Source of the DNA: Stegostoma tigrinum
Taxonomy: Eukaryota
Direction of reading: 5' to 3'
NCBI RefSeq assembly: GCF_030684315.1
Contig: NC_081371.1
Coordinates: 8,759,550 to 8,823,549, forward strand
Length of the DNA: 64,000 nucleotides
The translations under genes and the position numbers were made by a program. Of the stretch, positions 26,480-38,844 are shown piece by piece. Each line of letters begins with the position of its first letter. The first letter of the stretch is position 1. The notes under the pieces are model-generated. The model had not been told where the DNA came from, searched no databases, and worked only from the letters and a program-made list of their open reading frames with translations.

Positions 26480-26830
26480 ACAGGCTGCTCCTACCGTGCT
26501 TTTCACATTCTCAGAATGCCCCAAAGCACTCCACAACTGAAGAAGACTTCTGAAACATAAGCAGTGTTGAACCTGCCAGAAAAACAGCAGCCTGCTGTGC
26601 AGAGGAAGATGTTTAGACACCTGACGACATAAACTGTTTCGGTCGTGACGGTTGAGGTATAAACATTGGAGAGGGAACCAGGAATGTTCCCTTCTAGCAT
26701 TCAAAATAGTGCCATGATGTCCTTTACATTCACCCAAATGGGCGAATGGGATTCAGTTTAAATCTTTATTTCAAAGACAATCCTCCAACAGGTTGGTATT
26801 TACTTAGTATTGGCACACGAGCCTGGATCA
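26480..26830 (-). mobile_element. DeuSINE-like element
   Basis: cccaaagcactccacaac, ttgaggtataaacattgg and caaaatagtgccatg...tttacattcacc motifs. Confidence 0.6.
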
Positions 26831-26962
26831 CATAGACATGTCAACTCAGGTGGAACTTTTCCAGATATGGAGTGATTTCAAGTATTGTTACATACCTGAT
26901 TCCTGCAGGCCTCTTCAGAGTGACCCAACGTGGCTTGTCAATTCAAGCAATAAATCGTTAAG

Positions 26963-27149
26963 AGAGATAATGGGAACTGAAGATGCTGGAGAATCCAAGA
27001 TAATAAAGTGTGAAGCTGGATGAACACAGCAGGCCAAGCAGCATCTCAGGAGCACAAAAGCTGATGTTTCGGGCCGAAACGTCAGCTTTTGTGCTCCTGA
27101 GATACTGCTTGGCCTGCTGTGTTCATCCAGCCTCACTCTTTATTATCTA
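26963..27149. mobile_element. Penelope-derived fold-back mini-element, family A
   Basis: Near-perfect ~75-bp arms joined at tttcgggccgaaa. 15-bp TSD caataaatc(g/a)ttaag (26948-26962 and 27150-27164). Confidence 0.9.
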
Positions 27150-28253
27150 CAATAAATCATTAAGGCTGGTTGTCCCCGACCAGTGAGGGAATCCGGGTCT
27201 GGCATTTCCTCACCCAGGGTTTGAACTTGTTTCCCACTTCCACGATCAAGCCAGTAATGTCCATGCTCTCAGACTGTCGCACCATCTTGTGATTTATCCC
27301 TTGCCTAAGAGCAGCAAGCAGTGCCTATTACAGTCACATTTTCCACTCAGCTCTGCTGTATGGCTCTGGGCAGCTTGGCAATGGGCTCATAAATATTTGC
27401 TCTCCGTGGCACACTCCCGCACAGTCATGTTCAGCGTGTCAGCCACAGCTGGGAGCCATTTTGATCTTGAGCAAAGAATCCACGCACGGCATTTTCAGGA
27501 AGTCTTTGTGAATATGATCTGCAGCTGATGACTGTCGCTGTGTTAATTTTAACAAGGTTCAGGATGCTTCACTCTCGAAATGACATTTTATCACGCTCCG
27601 CACAAGGGCATTGCTTTTATTTGTTCTCAGGTAGTACGTGACACTGGCTAGGCCCATTTATTGCCTCTCTGTGGTTGCCGAGCGATGGTGGTGGACCTTT
27701 TATTTCAGTGATTGCTTCTAGGTATCATGACTTGTTTGGCTACCTCAGAATGTTTTTTGAAAAGCTGGTTAAAATGAATAGATTAGTTAAATTTATTATC
27801 ACAGTGCGCTATGATGAGAATTGAACTTGTGACTGCTAGTATTGATCATCGAATGCCACAACCACACAGCGCTCCTCTTATTCAATTCAGTTTGGGTCAG
27901 TTCTCCTTGGGTAGGAACCAGTCCAACACCCAGTCAGCCCATCCACCACGAGCTGAGGCGCAGTTCCTACTCAGCACTTGACCAAGCGTTGCAGTTGTAG
28001 GTTTTCCACTTGTGTTTCTGAGTTGTGTTCGGAACATGTTGAACAGCAGTCTTCCTGGGAATCATCTTTGAATGATCGCTGTGTTGAGATGCAGAAAAGC
28101 CCAATGAGATTTGAAGTCTAGTTGTTATCACTGGTGACGATATGGAGTATTTAAGGATGGGCAACAAATGGGGCCTTGTCACTGATTCCCACATCCCACG
28201 AAAGAATAAAAGCAATTTCAAAATAAGTTTCACATAAATGAGCAAAATGCTTC

Positions 28254-29262
28254 GCCAATGAGCCAAGGAGTGGCAGATGGAGTTTAATTTAGATAAATGT
28301 GAGGTGTTGAATTTCGGAAAGGCTAATCAGGGCAGGACTGATGCACTTAATGGTATAAGCCCTGGGGAGTGTTGCTGAACAAAGAGACTTTAGAGTGCAG
28401 GTGCATAGTTTCCTGAAAGGGGGACAAAAGCAGAAGTTGCTGGAAAAGATCAGCAGGTCTTTTTTGCATGCCTAGAAGAGATGTGGCAGTGAGTTGAATA
28501 CTGAATAAAAACTGAAAGAACTGCAGATGCTGTAAATCAGGATTTTCCAGCAACTTCTGTTTTTGTTCCTGATTTACAGCATCCGCAGTTCTTTCAACTT
28601 CCCTGAAAGGGGACCCAGAGGTAGTGAAGAAGGAGTTCGGCATGCTTGCCTTCATTGTTCAGGTATAGCAGTTGAAATATCATGTTGTGGTCAGACAGGA
28701 CATTGGTGGGGCTGCTTTTCGAATACTGCATACAATTCTTGTTGCCCTTCTATCGGAAGAACAGTATTAAATTTGAGAGGGCGCAGAAAAGATTTACAAG
28801 GATTTTGTTAAGACTGAAGGGTTCAAACTATACAGAGAGGCTGAATAGGCTGGGGCTCTTTCCCCATGGAGCATCAGATGCTGGCTGATGACTTTATAGA
28901 GGTTTATAAAATCATGAGGGGCATGAATAGGATGAATAGCCAAGGTCTTTTTCCCTGGAGAAGGGAGTCCAAACATCTAGGGCACAGGTTTAAGGTGAGA
29001 GGGGAAAGGTTTAAAAGGGACCTAAGGGGCAACATTTTCACACGGAAGGTGGTGCGTGCATGTGATGAGCTGCCAGAGGAAGTAGTGGAATCTGGCACAA
29101 TTACAGATATTAAAAAGTACCAGGATGGGTACATGGAAAGGGAGGGTTTAAGAGAAATATGGGTAAAGTGCTGGCAAATGGAACTAAGTCGGATCGGGAT
29201 GTCTGGTTGGCGCAGATGGTTCGGATCGAAGGGTCTGTTTCTGTGCCGTATGACCCAATGAC
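28254..29262 (+). mobile_element. 5'-truncated CR1 LINE
   Basis: WQMEFNLDKCEVLNFG, LFEYCIQF, ERAQKRFTRIL, DFIEVYKIMRG, FTRKVV, and 3' tail. Confidence 0.9.
28423..28598. mobile_element. Rearranged family-B Penelope mini-element nested in CR1
   Basis: Two inverted segments, ~40 bp of unrelated filler and one forward segment. TSD cctgaaagggg (28412-28422 and 28602-28612). Confidence 0.75.
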
Positions 29263-32140
29263 TAAGTTCTCAATAAAGCATAAACAAGTTCCCTGTTTAT
29301 TCATTGCAGCTCTGGACAGTTCTTAAGGCTGCAGCTATCTCTGTACATCAAAGGATTGCCGTGGTGAAAAGCCATCAGCACCTTAGAACAGCATTTGACA
29401 GAAACTGCAGGCTGGTTGCCAGATGAGATAACAAACTGTGACCATGTGTGACCACTGCTCCACTTCCCACAGTCTTCTGCCTCTTTTAGCTTGTAACTTC
29501 ATACAGAGGTCAGTCCTCCTCATTAACCTTTGAGCGAGCCAAAGGACAGGCACGAAGCACAAAGTAAACTCGCAGGTCGGTGACGCGAGGCTTGGTGGGA
29601 GCTTTCCAGGAAGACACCGCAGTGCTGCATGGAGTAAGTCACAGGCATCAAAGCTCAGAATAGAGGAGCCTTCCTGTTAGTGAAATTTGTCTTTCAGTCA
29701 GGCAGCCTTTTCACAGACCTGAAAGAGCCAGTGTGGAGTCCATTAAACACTTCCCTGAAGTCTTCCTCAAGCAACTGTTGACAGACAAGTGAAAAACAAG
29801 AGTCCAAAAATACTGCAAGCTGAAAAGAGCAAAGCTTGAGGTCGAAGCTATTTGACAATAACCTTTCCATCTGGAAACAAACATGTGCAGTGACCCACAG
29901 CCAGACTGAATACCTAAAGTGTGAGCAAGACTGGTGGATGAGAAATTGATAACTGAAACTCGGCGAAGTGACACTCCGTATTGTATAAATCAGGACTGAA
30001 TCACAGAAGTGGGACTAGGTAGCCTACAGCCTAATTTTACATCGGGATGTGTTACCTGACTTGGGCAGTTTCTTGCCTCAAGCAAGAGATGGGAGATATA
30101 GTGCAAAGAACAATTTATGAGGAGGGTTGAAGCACCTGCCTTTGTTGAGATATTTATGCTTCTGACTTGGTTCCTTGATTTGCTTTCCCAGGTGGTTAAT
30201 GTACGGCCAACCTGACCTGTCCAAACTCCTGAGGGCCCGAGCTGGAGCCTAATGTTTGCCACTCCCCTGCTCCACACTGCACCTTTGTTCCACGTTTCTC
30301 CCTGCACTGCCCTACCCCTTCCCAGGGTTCTTCTCTTTCTTGTCGGCTGCGATATAGCTGTCACATCAAATGCAGTCCTGGCCAGATTAATGAGGCAAAT
30401 AATGAAGCAAACCTAGGCCTTGAGTTAATGGCATCTCAGATGCCAGGTCAAACATTCGGAAGTTAGGAGTAAAAGGAGAAAGCAGTCCATACTTAAGAAA
30501 CCAGGGAGACCCTTCTTTGTGAACAGTTGAAATCAATCAAATGAGCTGTTGTAAGGGAGAGAAGGGTTTGAATCTTCTCATGAGCAAATGATTGAACAAT
30601 ATTGTTTTGTCAGGAAAAGGTGCAGACATTGGTACTATGATTTGTCTCAGTGATTTTCACCAAGTATGAAGGAAAGGCAAAGTTAAATTATCATCACATC
30701 CTAACCCCACATCTTTCAGATTTTCTCTTTAATGAAGCTCTTTTGCTGGTTTCATTGGTGTTTCATTCTTTCATTAAAGTCTTTTCCCCTCTTGTGGTCT
30801 GCAATTTGCATGCCAACACATGCCTTTCATTATGGATTATATCAGTAAATTTGAGCTTCAGAATGCTTAAATATAAACCAGCAAACACACTAATATAGAC
30901 CATATTTCATTGGGTTGAACTCCAAAGTCATTATAACACTGCTAAGTCTTAAATAAGTACTGTAATGCATTTTAAAAGCTTAGCTACAATAATAGTGACT
31001 TAATGAAATAGTCCACACAGAAGTGTAGGTACCAGACTTGGTAGCTTGTAATGGGGAGATAGTATGTGGGCAACTGCCTATATTACAGGATTTAGTTCTT
31101 GTGAGATCCTTATGGTTTGTAGTCTGTGACATCCTGTCCCCGTGAGAGGGGAGATCCCATGAATCATACCGAGGCATTCTGCACTTGTAAAAGGATAACG
31201 TTATGATGTCTACTTAATTTAAAAAGGAAGCTGAAGAATAATAAGTATTTTAGTTACAATATAATGTTTATAGAAAGGGGGTGCAGCACATTTATTGCTA
31301 AATGTTCATTCATACTGTTACATTGGTAAGTGACATCTACTGACCAGCTTTGTCAACATATGAAGCTGTTTAATTTTGATAGAAATAACAACAGGGCTCA
31401 CGACAGCCATTGTTAATTAGGCAGATCGTTTGTAGCAAGCACAGTCAATCTGCAGATTACCATCAAATGTGGAAACCTGTGTTTCCCTGGTCCACCAGAA
31501 GCAATGTGAATGGTATGTCACAGTGTTGCTTTTTCCTTTCAGGTGAATTGAACAATGTGATGTTGTCGAACTTATCTGATGGGTCTAGACTGAAGCCAAT
31601 GTAAATCCTAGGCCTTGTGTAGTAGTGGACAGTGTAATGGTCATAATTACTGTCAAGTAACAACTCTGGCACTGAAAATCAACGTTTGCAAGTGTGGAGT
31701 CACATTCCTCAATAACAAGGTGTGGAGCTGGATGAACACAGCAGGCCAAGCAGCACCTTAGAAGCAGGAAAGCTGATGTTTCAGGCCTAGACCCTTCATC
31801 AGAAATGGGGGAGGGGGAGAGGGTTCTGAAATAAATAGGGAGAGAGGGGGAGGTGGATCGAAGATGGACAGAGGATCAGATAGGTGGAGAGGAGACAGAC
31901 AAGTCAAAGAGGCGGGGATGGAGCCTGTAGAGGAGTGTAAAGGTGGGGAGGTAGGGAGGGAATATGTCAGTCCGGGGAGGACGGACAGGTCAAGGGGACG
32001 GGATGAGGTTAGTAGGTAGGAAGTGGAGGTGCAGCTTGAGGTGGGAGGAAGGGATAGGTGAGAGGAAGAACAGGTTAGGGAGCCGGGGACGAGCTGGTCT
32101 CGTTTTCAGATACGATAGGGGGAGGGGAGATTTTGAAGCT

Positions 32141-34530
32141 GCCAAAGCCACCGCCTCCATTTCCGAGACCAACACCTCAGACACTACCACCACCGATGCT
32201 GCCGTCGCCTACCCTGCTCCGCCCACCACTGACGCAGCTCCGCCCATCACGGATGCGGATGCAGATGCAACTCCGTCCACCGCCGATGCCAAAATCACTC
32301 CGTCCACAGCCAGCAGCTGCAGAGGAGACAGCCACACTGGGCCCTGCTGAATCTTCACCATCCCCCCAGACCTCCCCCTGACTGAGGACGAATGGTCAGT
32401 CCTCAGGAAGGGGCTCACCTTTGTCCCCCTCCACCCACACATCAACGAATACCAGTCAAGTTTGGACATTGAGCAGTTTTTCGCTACCTCCACCTCCACG
32501 CTTACTTCTTTAACCAGGAGCCTAACCCTTCCTCCACTGATCCCTTCACCCGCCTCCAATACAAGTCCTCCTCCTGGACACCACCCCCAGGCCTCCTACC
32601 CTCCCTCAACCTCTTCATCTCCAACTGCCGTCGAGACATGAATCGTCTTGACCTCTCCACCCCTCTCACCCACTCCAACCTCTCCCCCGCAGAATGGGCA
32701 GCCCTCCACTCCCTCCGCTCCAATCCCAATCTCACCATAAAAACCGCGGACAAGGGAGGCGCAGTGGTAGTATGGCGCACTGACCTCTACATTGCTGAGG
32801 CTTGACGCCAACTCTCCGACACCTCCTCCTACCGCCCCCTGGATCATGACCCCATCCCTGAGCACCAAACCATTGTCTCCCAAACCATCCACAACCTCAT
32901 CACCTCAGGTGACCTCCCATCCAAAGCCTCCAACCTCATTGTTCCCCAACCTCACACCGCCCGCTTCTGTCTCCTTCCCAAAATCCACATACCTGCCTGC
33001 CCTGGCCGACCCATTGTCTCCGCCTGCTCCTGCCCCACCGAACTCATCTCCACCTATCTGGACTCCATTTTCTCCCCCTTCGTCCAGGAACTCCCCACCC
33101 ACGTCCGTGACACCACCCACGCCCTCCACCTCCTCCAGAACTTCCAATTCCCCGGTCCCCAACACCTCATTTTTACTATGGACGGCCAGTCCCGAGACAC
33201 CTGCATTCCTCGTGCAGATGGCCTAAAGGCCCTCCGCTTCTTCCTGTCCCGCAGACCCAACCAGTCCCCCTCCACCGACACCCTCATCCGCTTAGCTGAA
33301 CTCACCCTCACCCTCAACAACTTCTCTTTCAATTTCTCCCATTTCGACAGACAAAAGGGGTGACCATGGGTACCTGCATGGGCCCAAGCTATGCCTGCCT
33401 CTTTGTAGGTTACGTGGAACAGTCCCTCTTCCGTACCTACACTGGCCCTAAACCCCACCTCTTCTTCCGTTACATTGATGACTGTATTGGCGCCGCCTCA
33501 CGCTCCCACAAGGAGCTCGAACAGTTCGTGCACTTCACCAAAACCTTGCACCCCCAACCTCAAGTTCATCTGCTCTATCTCGAACACCTCCCTCACCTTC
33601 CTGGACCTCACTGTCTCCATCTCGGGCAACCACTTACAAACCGATATCCATTTCAAGCCCACTGACTTCCACAGCTATCTAGAATACACCTCCTACTACC
33701 CACCTTCCTGCAGAAATTCCATCCCTATTCCCAATTCCTTCAACTCAGCCGCATCTGCTCCCAGGATGAGGCATTCCACTCCCCTACATCTTAGAAGTCC
33801 TCGTTTTTCAAGGACCGCAACACCCCCCCCACAGTGGTCGAGAACGCCCTCAACCGTGTCTCCCGCATTTCCCGCAATTCATTCCTTACACCCCATCCCT
33901 GCAATAACCAAAACAAAATCCCCTTCGTCCTCACGTACCACCCCACCAACCTCCGGATCCAACGCATAATCCTCCAACACTTCCGCCAACTGCAATCCGA
34001 GCCCACCACCAAAGACATTTTTCCCTCCCCACCTTTGCCTGCTTTCCGGAGGGACCACTCTCTCCGTGACTCCTTTGTCCGCTCCACGCTTCCCTCCAGC
34101 CCCACCTCAGCTGGCACTTTTCGCTGCAACCGCAGGAAGTGCTACACCTGCCTCTTCACCTCCTTGCTCACCCCCATCCCAGGCCCCAACAAGACTTTCC
34201 GCATCAAGCAGATGTTCACCTTCACATCTGCCAAAGTGGAATACTGCTTCTGCTGTTCCCGTTGTGGCCCCCTCTACATTGGGGAAACCGAGTGGAGGCT
34301 TGGGGACCGCTTTGCAGATCACCTACACTGGGTTCGCAATAAACAACTGCACTTCCCAGTCGCGAACCATTTCAACTTCCCCTCCCGTTCCTCAGACGAT
34401 ATGTCCATCCTGGGCGTCCTGCAGTGCCATAACGATGCCACCCGAAGGTTGCAGGAACAGCAACTCATATTCCACATTGATACCATTGGGCTGCAGGGTT
34501 CCCATGTGGATTCCACAAGCTTCAAAATCT
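32141..34530 (+). pseudogene. Disrupted Penelope ORF (RT, Cys-rich linker, GIY-YIG endonuclease)
   Basis: IKTADKGGAVVVW, LLPKIH..PGRPIVS, MGTCMGPSYACLF, FFRYIDD, GTFRCNRRKCYTC and CSRCGPLYIGETEWRLGDRFADH, with several stops and frameshifts. Confidence 0.9.
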
Positions 34531-34882
34531 CCCCTTCCCTACTGCATCCCAAAACCAGCCCAGCTAGTCCCCACCTCCCGAACCTGTTCTTCCTCTCACC
34601 TATCCCCTCCTCTCACCTCAAGACGCACCTCCATTTCCTACCTACTAGCATCATCCCATCCCCTTGACCTGTCTGTTCTCCCTGGACATACCTATCTCCT
34701 CTCCACATCCCCACCTACACTCACCTTTACTGGCTCTATCCTCACCTACACTCACCTTTACTGGCTCTATCCTCACCGCTTTAACTTGTCTGTCTCCTCT
34801 CCACCTATCTTCTCCTCTACCCATCTTCGCTTCGCCTCCCCCTCTCTCCCTATTTATTTCAGAACCCTCTTCCCCTCCCCCA

Positions 34883-34916
34883 TTTCTGATGAAGGGTCTA
34901 GGCCCGAAACGTCAGC
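34883..34916 (+). ncRNA. Minimal type I hammerhead ribozyme motif in the Penelope terminal repeat
   Basis: CUGAUGA (34886-34892), stem II GGGU-CUAG-GCCC, GAAA, C-GUC; predicted cleavage after 34913. The palindromic ACGU stem III needs a dimer and stem I is weak. Confidence 0.6.
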
Positions 34917-37570
34917 TTTCCTGCTTCTAAGATGCTGCCAGGCCTGCTGTGTTCATCCAGCTCCACACCTTGTTATCTCGGATTCTCCAGCATCTGCAGC
35001 TCCTAATATTTCTGGAGTGACGCTCCTTCAGTTTTTAACAGTGTTGCACATACAGTAATCAAGCAATTAAAAGGTTGCTGTTTACTTTTCCTTCCTACAT
35101 CTTTTAACTCTTTTTGTTATTCCAGCCGTTATTTCTTGATATATTATTGCTGTATTTCTTGCTTATTTCCTCATCCTGTGCGAGATTTAGCATTAAGTTA
35201 ATTAATTGCAGTCAATACTTCCTGGTTTAGACTGTGAGTGCCTCAGTAAGGATTCTTGAGTTCGATTGGTTCAAGAGATGTGCAGTTTCTTGCCCTCTCA
35301 CATTGGTCCCAGATGCCCTTCAGAGATTGCTGAGCTGCTTGGTGTTCGCTGACAGGAACTTCTAGTGGAAAGACAGGAGCCTCAGGAGTACCATTCAAAA
35401 CACTTTGAAGGTGAACCAAAACAAAAGGCATCAAAGTGAGTCATTAATAATTTGCACAACTGGCCACTACATGGTCATTCATAAATTTCAAAATATAGGG
35501 CGCATACAATTGTTAATCATGTACAGATCTCAAGACACTCCTCGTACTGAATGGTTTCATTGAAATACAAAGTGTGGCCCATCTGATTGCTGCTGGTCTA
35601 ATGCTTTGATCAACAACATGGTGTGGGCCAAGCCATCAAGTGTGGAGTTCCCAAGCAGGCTCAGTGCAGGCCCATACAAACCCATCTGTCTCTGCCTAAA
35701 TTCTTGAGTTTCATGGAGCCACGGAGGTTTACAGCACAGAGGGAGTTCATTCGGCCCATCATGTCTATGCTCAACCTTCTTGTAGCTTATTTCTTCCTCA
35801 ACATTTCATCTACTTTGCAGCTCTTACTGGGGAATTAGAAAACTGCTTCAGTCACTGATGGAGCAGTTCTTCACAGTAAGATAGTCTTTGTTCCAAAAAC
35901 CATGTCCTCCATGTCATGTCCTCCAACCATCCTCCGTGTTTTTGTTAGATTGATCCTGCCAGTTACAGCATAACTGCCATTTTCCATATGTGAACCTGGA
36001 AAAATTGGTGCAGTTATGCATGCAACTTAGAGAAATGCTTCCTTTATTTCAGATGTGTTAACCCTGCAGTTCTGAAAGATAATGAGTCAGTTACCTCTCA
36101 TTTAACTGGACCCTCTTGGGAACTCACTGACTAATATGTGGAGTTTGAGATGTCATGAGAGGAAGTAAATGGTGAAGTGGAACAAAATATATTTTTGGCA
36201 TGAATGCCACGTATCTCATTGGAGGTAGATGCAGTTGTGAAAGCGCACACTGATGCGACTGGTGCTTCAATTTGTTTCACATCTTGCCTGCAACTCCCTG
36301 GCAGAGATGGAATTTTCCATTTTATGTTGTGCAGTCATTCAAAATTCCCGTCTCTACCGACTCGGTAATTCAAAAACCACTGGTGCAGTCGCCATTCGTG
36401 CACAAAATGGCACATTGCTAATGACAGGTTGCAAGGAGATGGTGCATATGTTATGAGTCAAGGAACATCTGTTTTCCAAATTTACTGCCTTTGCCACTTG
36501 AAAGCACTGGAATCTAAAAAGACTGACTTAAAATGGACTCCCAGGGCTTTCTGCAGTAACAAGACTGTGGGAAGAGCATCACGAGATCTGGAAGGTCTGC
36601 TCTGGTGTACTGAGTTTTGCAATTTGTCTTGTTAACAGAGTTAATGCTGCCTAGACCATAGTGTAATTGACAGAGTGGCAAAGGGGCATAATGTTTTTTC
36701 CTCTGATGTGTGACGGGCAACCTAAGAAGGCAGTAACCCTTCTTCTGTCCTGCTGATCTGGTCGCCAAAACTTATACTCCCACCGCCTCCCTGATCTGAT
36801 CATCACTGAGCTGAACAAGCCCCTTCCTGTCCAAAACCCTGGGTTTCTTTCATCCTGCAGACTCATCGAGCCTTCTCGGGACTAGTTGCAGTGTCCACTA
36901 GCGAGCTTCCTATTGTGGTGCAGATGCGCAAATAGTCTGCACTCCCCATAGAATTCTGCCTGATGTCCTTGCCATTGATCCTTGGATAAGAAGCCCCTCT
37001 ACTACGATCAGAGAAATTGAAATGCCGTTCTGGACAGTTCCTTAAAACTTTTCTCTTGTTATCCAGACTTCCTGAATACATTGTTGAAAATTACCTCAAT
37101 CTGTTTTGCGTTGATATTGAATTGATTCATTTTGACGCAAAAGAACGTTCATTACAACAGAAAAATCCATTGCGTTGAATAAACTGATGGAGCCTGTCTT
37201 TGTTTGCGGTACTCGCAACTACATTGTTAAATCAAAGTCGAAGCTATGTAGTGTCCACTGGGATAGTAAATGAAATATTCTGTGAAGGATCATAGAATTG
37301 CTACAGGATGGAAGGAGACAATTTGGCCCATCATGTCTTGACTGACTGTCTGAATGAGTTCACCATTTCATCTGGTATCTCTACCCACCACCCAGCGCAT
37401 TCTTCCTTTTCAGATAGCAGTGGTAAATTACAGACTCAAGATTTCATTCATCTTTAAAGCCCTAAGAAATGGTTGACCAATATTTCAGTCTAAAAGACAG
37501 TGGATGAATTTTGGCATTGGGGATCAAACATACTTGGAGCGAGCCTGTGACAAGACTTTGTTCTTACAAG

Positions 37571-37728
37571 CATCAGAGGAGCAGGAAAGCTGACGTTCCA
37601 GGTCCAAACCCTTCTTCACCCAAAACGTCAGCTATTTTCCTGCTCCTCTGATGCTACCTGGCCTGCTGTGTTCCTCCAGCTCCACACTGTGTTATCGCTG
37701 ACTTCAGCATCGGCAGTTTTTACTATCT
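37571..37728. mobile_element. Older Penelope-derived fold-back mini-element, family A
   Basis: Short left arm and full right arm. Degenerate TSD, 12/15 match (37556-37570 and 37729-37743). Confidence 0.75.
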
Positions 37729-37747
37729 CTTTGTTTTTGAAAGTTAC

Positions 37748-38590
37748 TTTGGCTTATATGACTCTTCTCATTACTACCAGGCATCCCTGAGCACTTCACA
37801 ATCAATGCAATACTTTTTTCAAGCATAGTAACTGTTGTAATGTAGGAAACATAGTCAGCTATATTCATGCACCAAACTCCCATAAAAAGCAACATGATAA
37901 TGACAAGAGAATGATGTTGATTGGGGGATAAAGATTTGCCAGGACCCTGCTCCTCTTCAAAATACTGCCTTTGATTTTCTATATTGACCTGAGCAGACAG
38001 AGCCTTGGTTTAACACCTCAGTTGAAAGGCTGCCCCTCCAACAGTGTTGAAATGAATTGAATTGAATTGAATTAGCTTTATTGCCACATACATGCACTAT
38101 AAATACTGTGAAAAGGTGACAATTCACCACTTATGGTGCCATCTAAGATACCTGGGCACCGATTCTTGAGTACAAATTCTTCGGGGAAAAAAATATTCGA
38201 AAATAAAGCATTACATATTTTCAAAAGTACAAAATCATTGTAATAAATTAGAAAAAATAGAGCTAAAATGTTCAGAATAATTGTTCTTCCAAGATAATAT
38301 AACGAAAGGGAAAAGAATTAAATAAAAAGAGAAATTAAGACAAAGTCCACATGGCTCATTTCACCATTGTGGGCTCAATGACTGGACTCCCCCTCCCCGT
38401 TGGAATTGCAGATTGGGCTCACCATGATGCCAATAAAACATGGAATCATAGACTGACTGAAGCTGCTGCAATGACACCCACGCTGACGCCGATGAAACCA
38501 GTGTAGTGCTCGCTCAGTACCACCTTGGAGTGTTACACTCAGGTCCTGCTGCAGGAAGCCCAGACTGTCAGTAATTCGGACGCAAGTGTG
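37748..38590 (-). mobile_element. DeuSINE-like element interrupted by a 450-bp insertion
   Basis: DeuSINE motifs at 37748-38047 resume at 38499-38590 and end at the tRNA head ccagctgagccacagc. Confidence 0.7.
38048..38498 (-). mobile_element. Unclassified retroposed insertion with an (AATTC)n tail
   Basis: Minus-strand AATAAA followed by (aattc)n tail. 6-bp TSD cagtgt (38042-38047 and 38499-38504). Confidence 0.55.
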
Positions 38591-38844
38591 CCACCAGCTG
38601 AGCCACAGCGGTCCTTTAGATGCACCCCTCAGGTGATTTTATTGATGACTGGAGCTGTTCCAGTTCCAGACTGTTCTGTTCCAGTCTGATTCTGTGAGAA
38701 CCCTCACTAAGCTGCAGGACTGTGGCACAATATTGACTGCAGCAGGGGTAGAATATTTGGACTGTCGGTCAGTCTATAAAGATAAAACATGGCATTACAA
38801 AATAGACCATTAATTCTGCTTTATTTTCCTTCAGACCATAAACA

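Larger units (their letters stand above)
31711..35012 (+). mobile_element. Penelope-like element (Neptune-type), 5'-truncated, with inverted terminal repeats
   Basis: Disrupted ORF carrying RT and GIY-YIG. 31711-32140 is the reverse complement of ~34518-34977. Degenerate TSD tggagt(c/g)ac(at/gc)tcct (31695-31709 and 35013-35027). Confidence 0.93.

Noticed and set aside
31530-31604. Strong acceptor ttttcctttcAG followed by GELNNV..., superficially like the contactin Ig6 exon
   Set aside because: In-frame stop after ~20 codons and no Ig Cys/Tyr motif; probably a cryptic site.
34066-35058. 330-aa ORF and other overlapping ORFs at 32-35 kb
   Set aside because: Alternative frames of the C-rich Penelope sequence with no independent protein signature.
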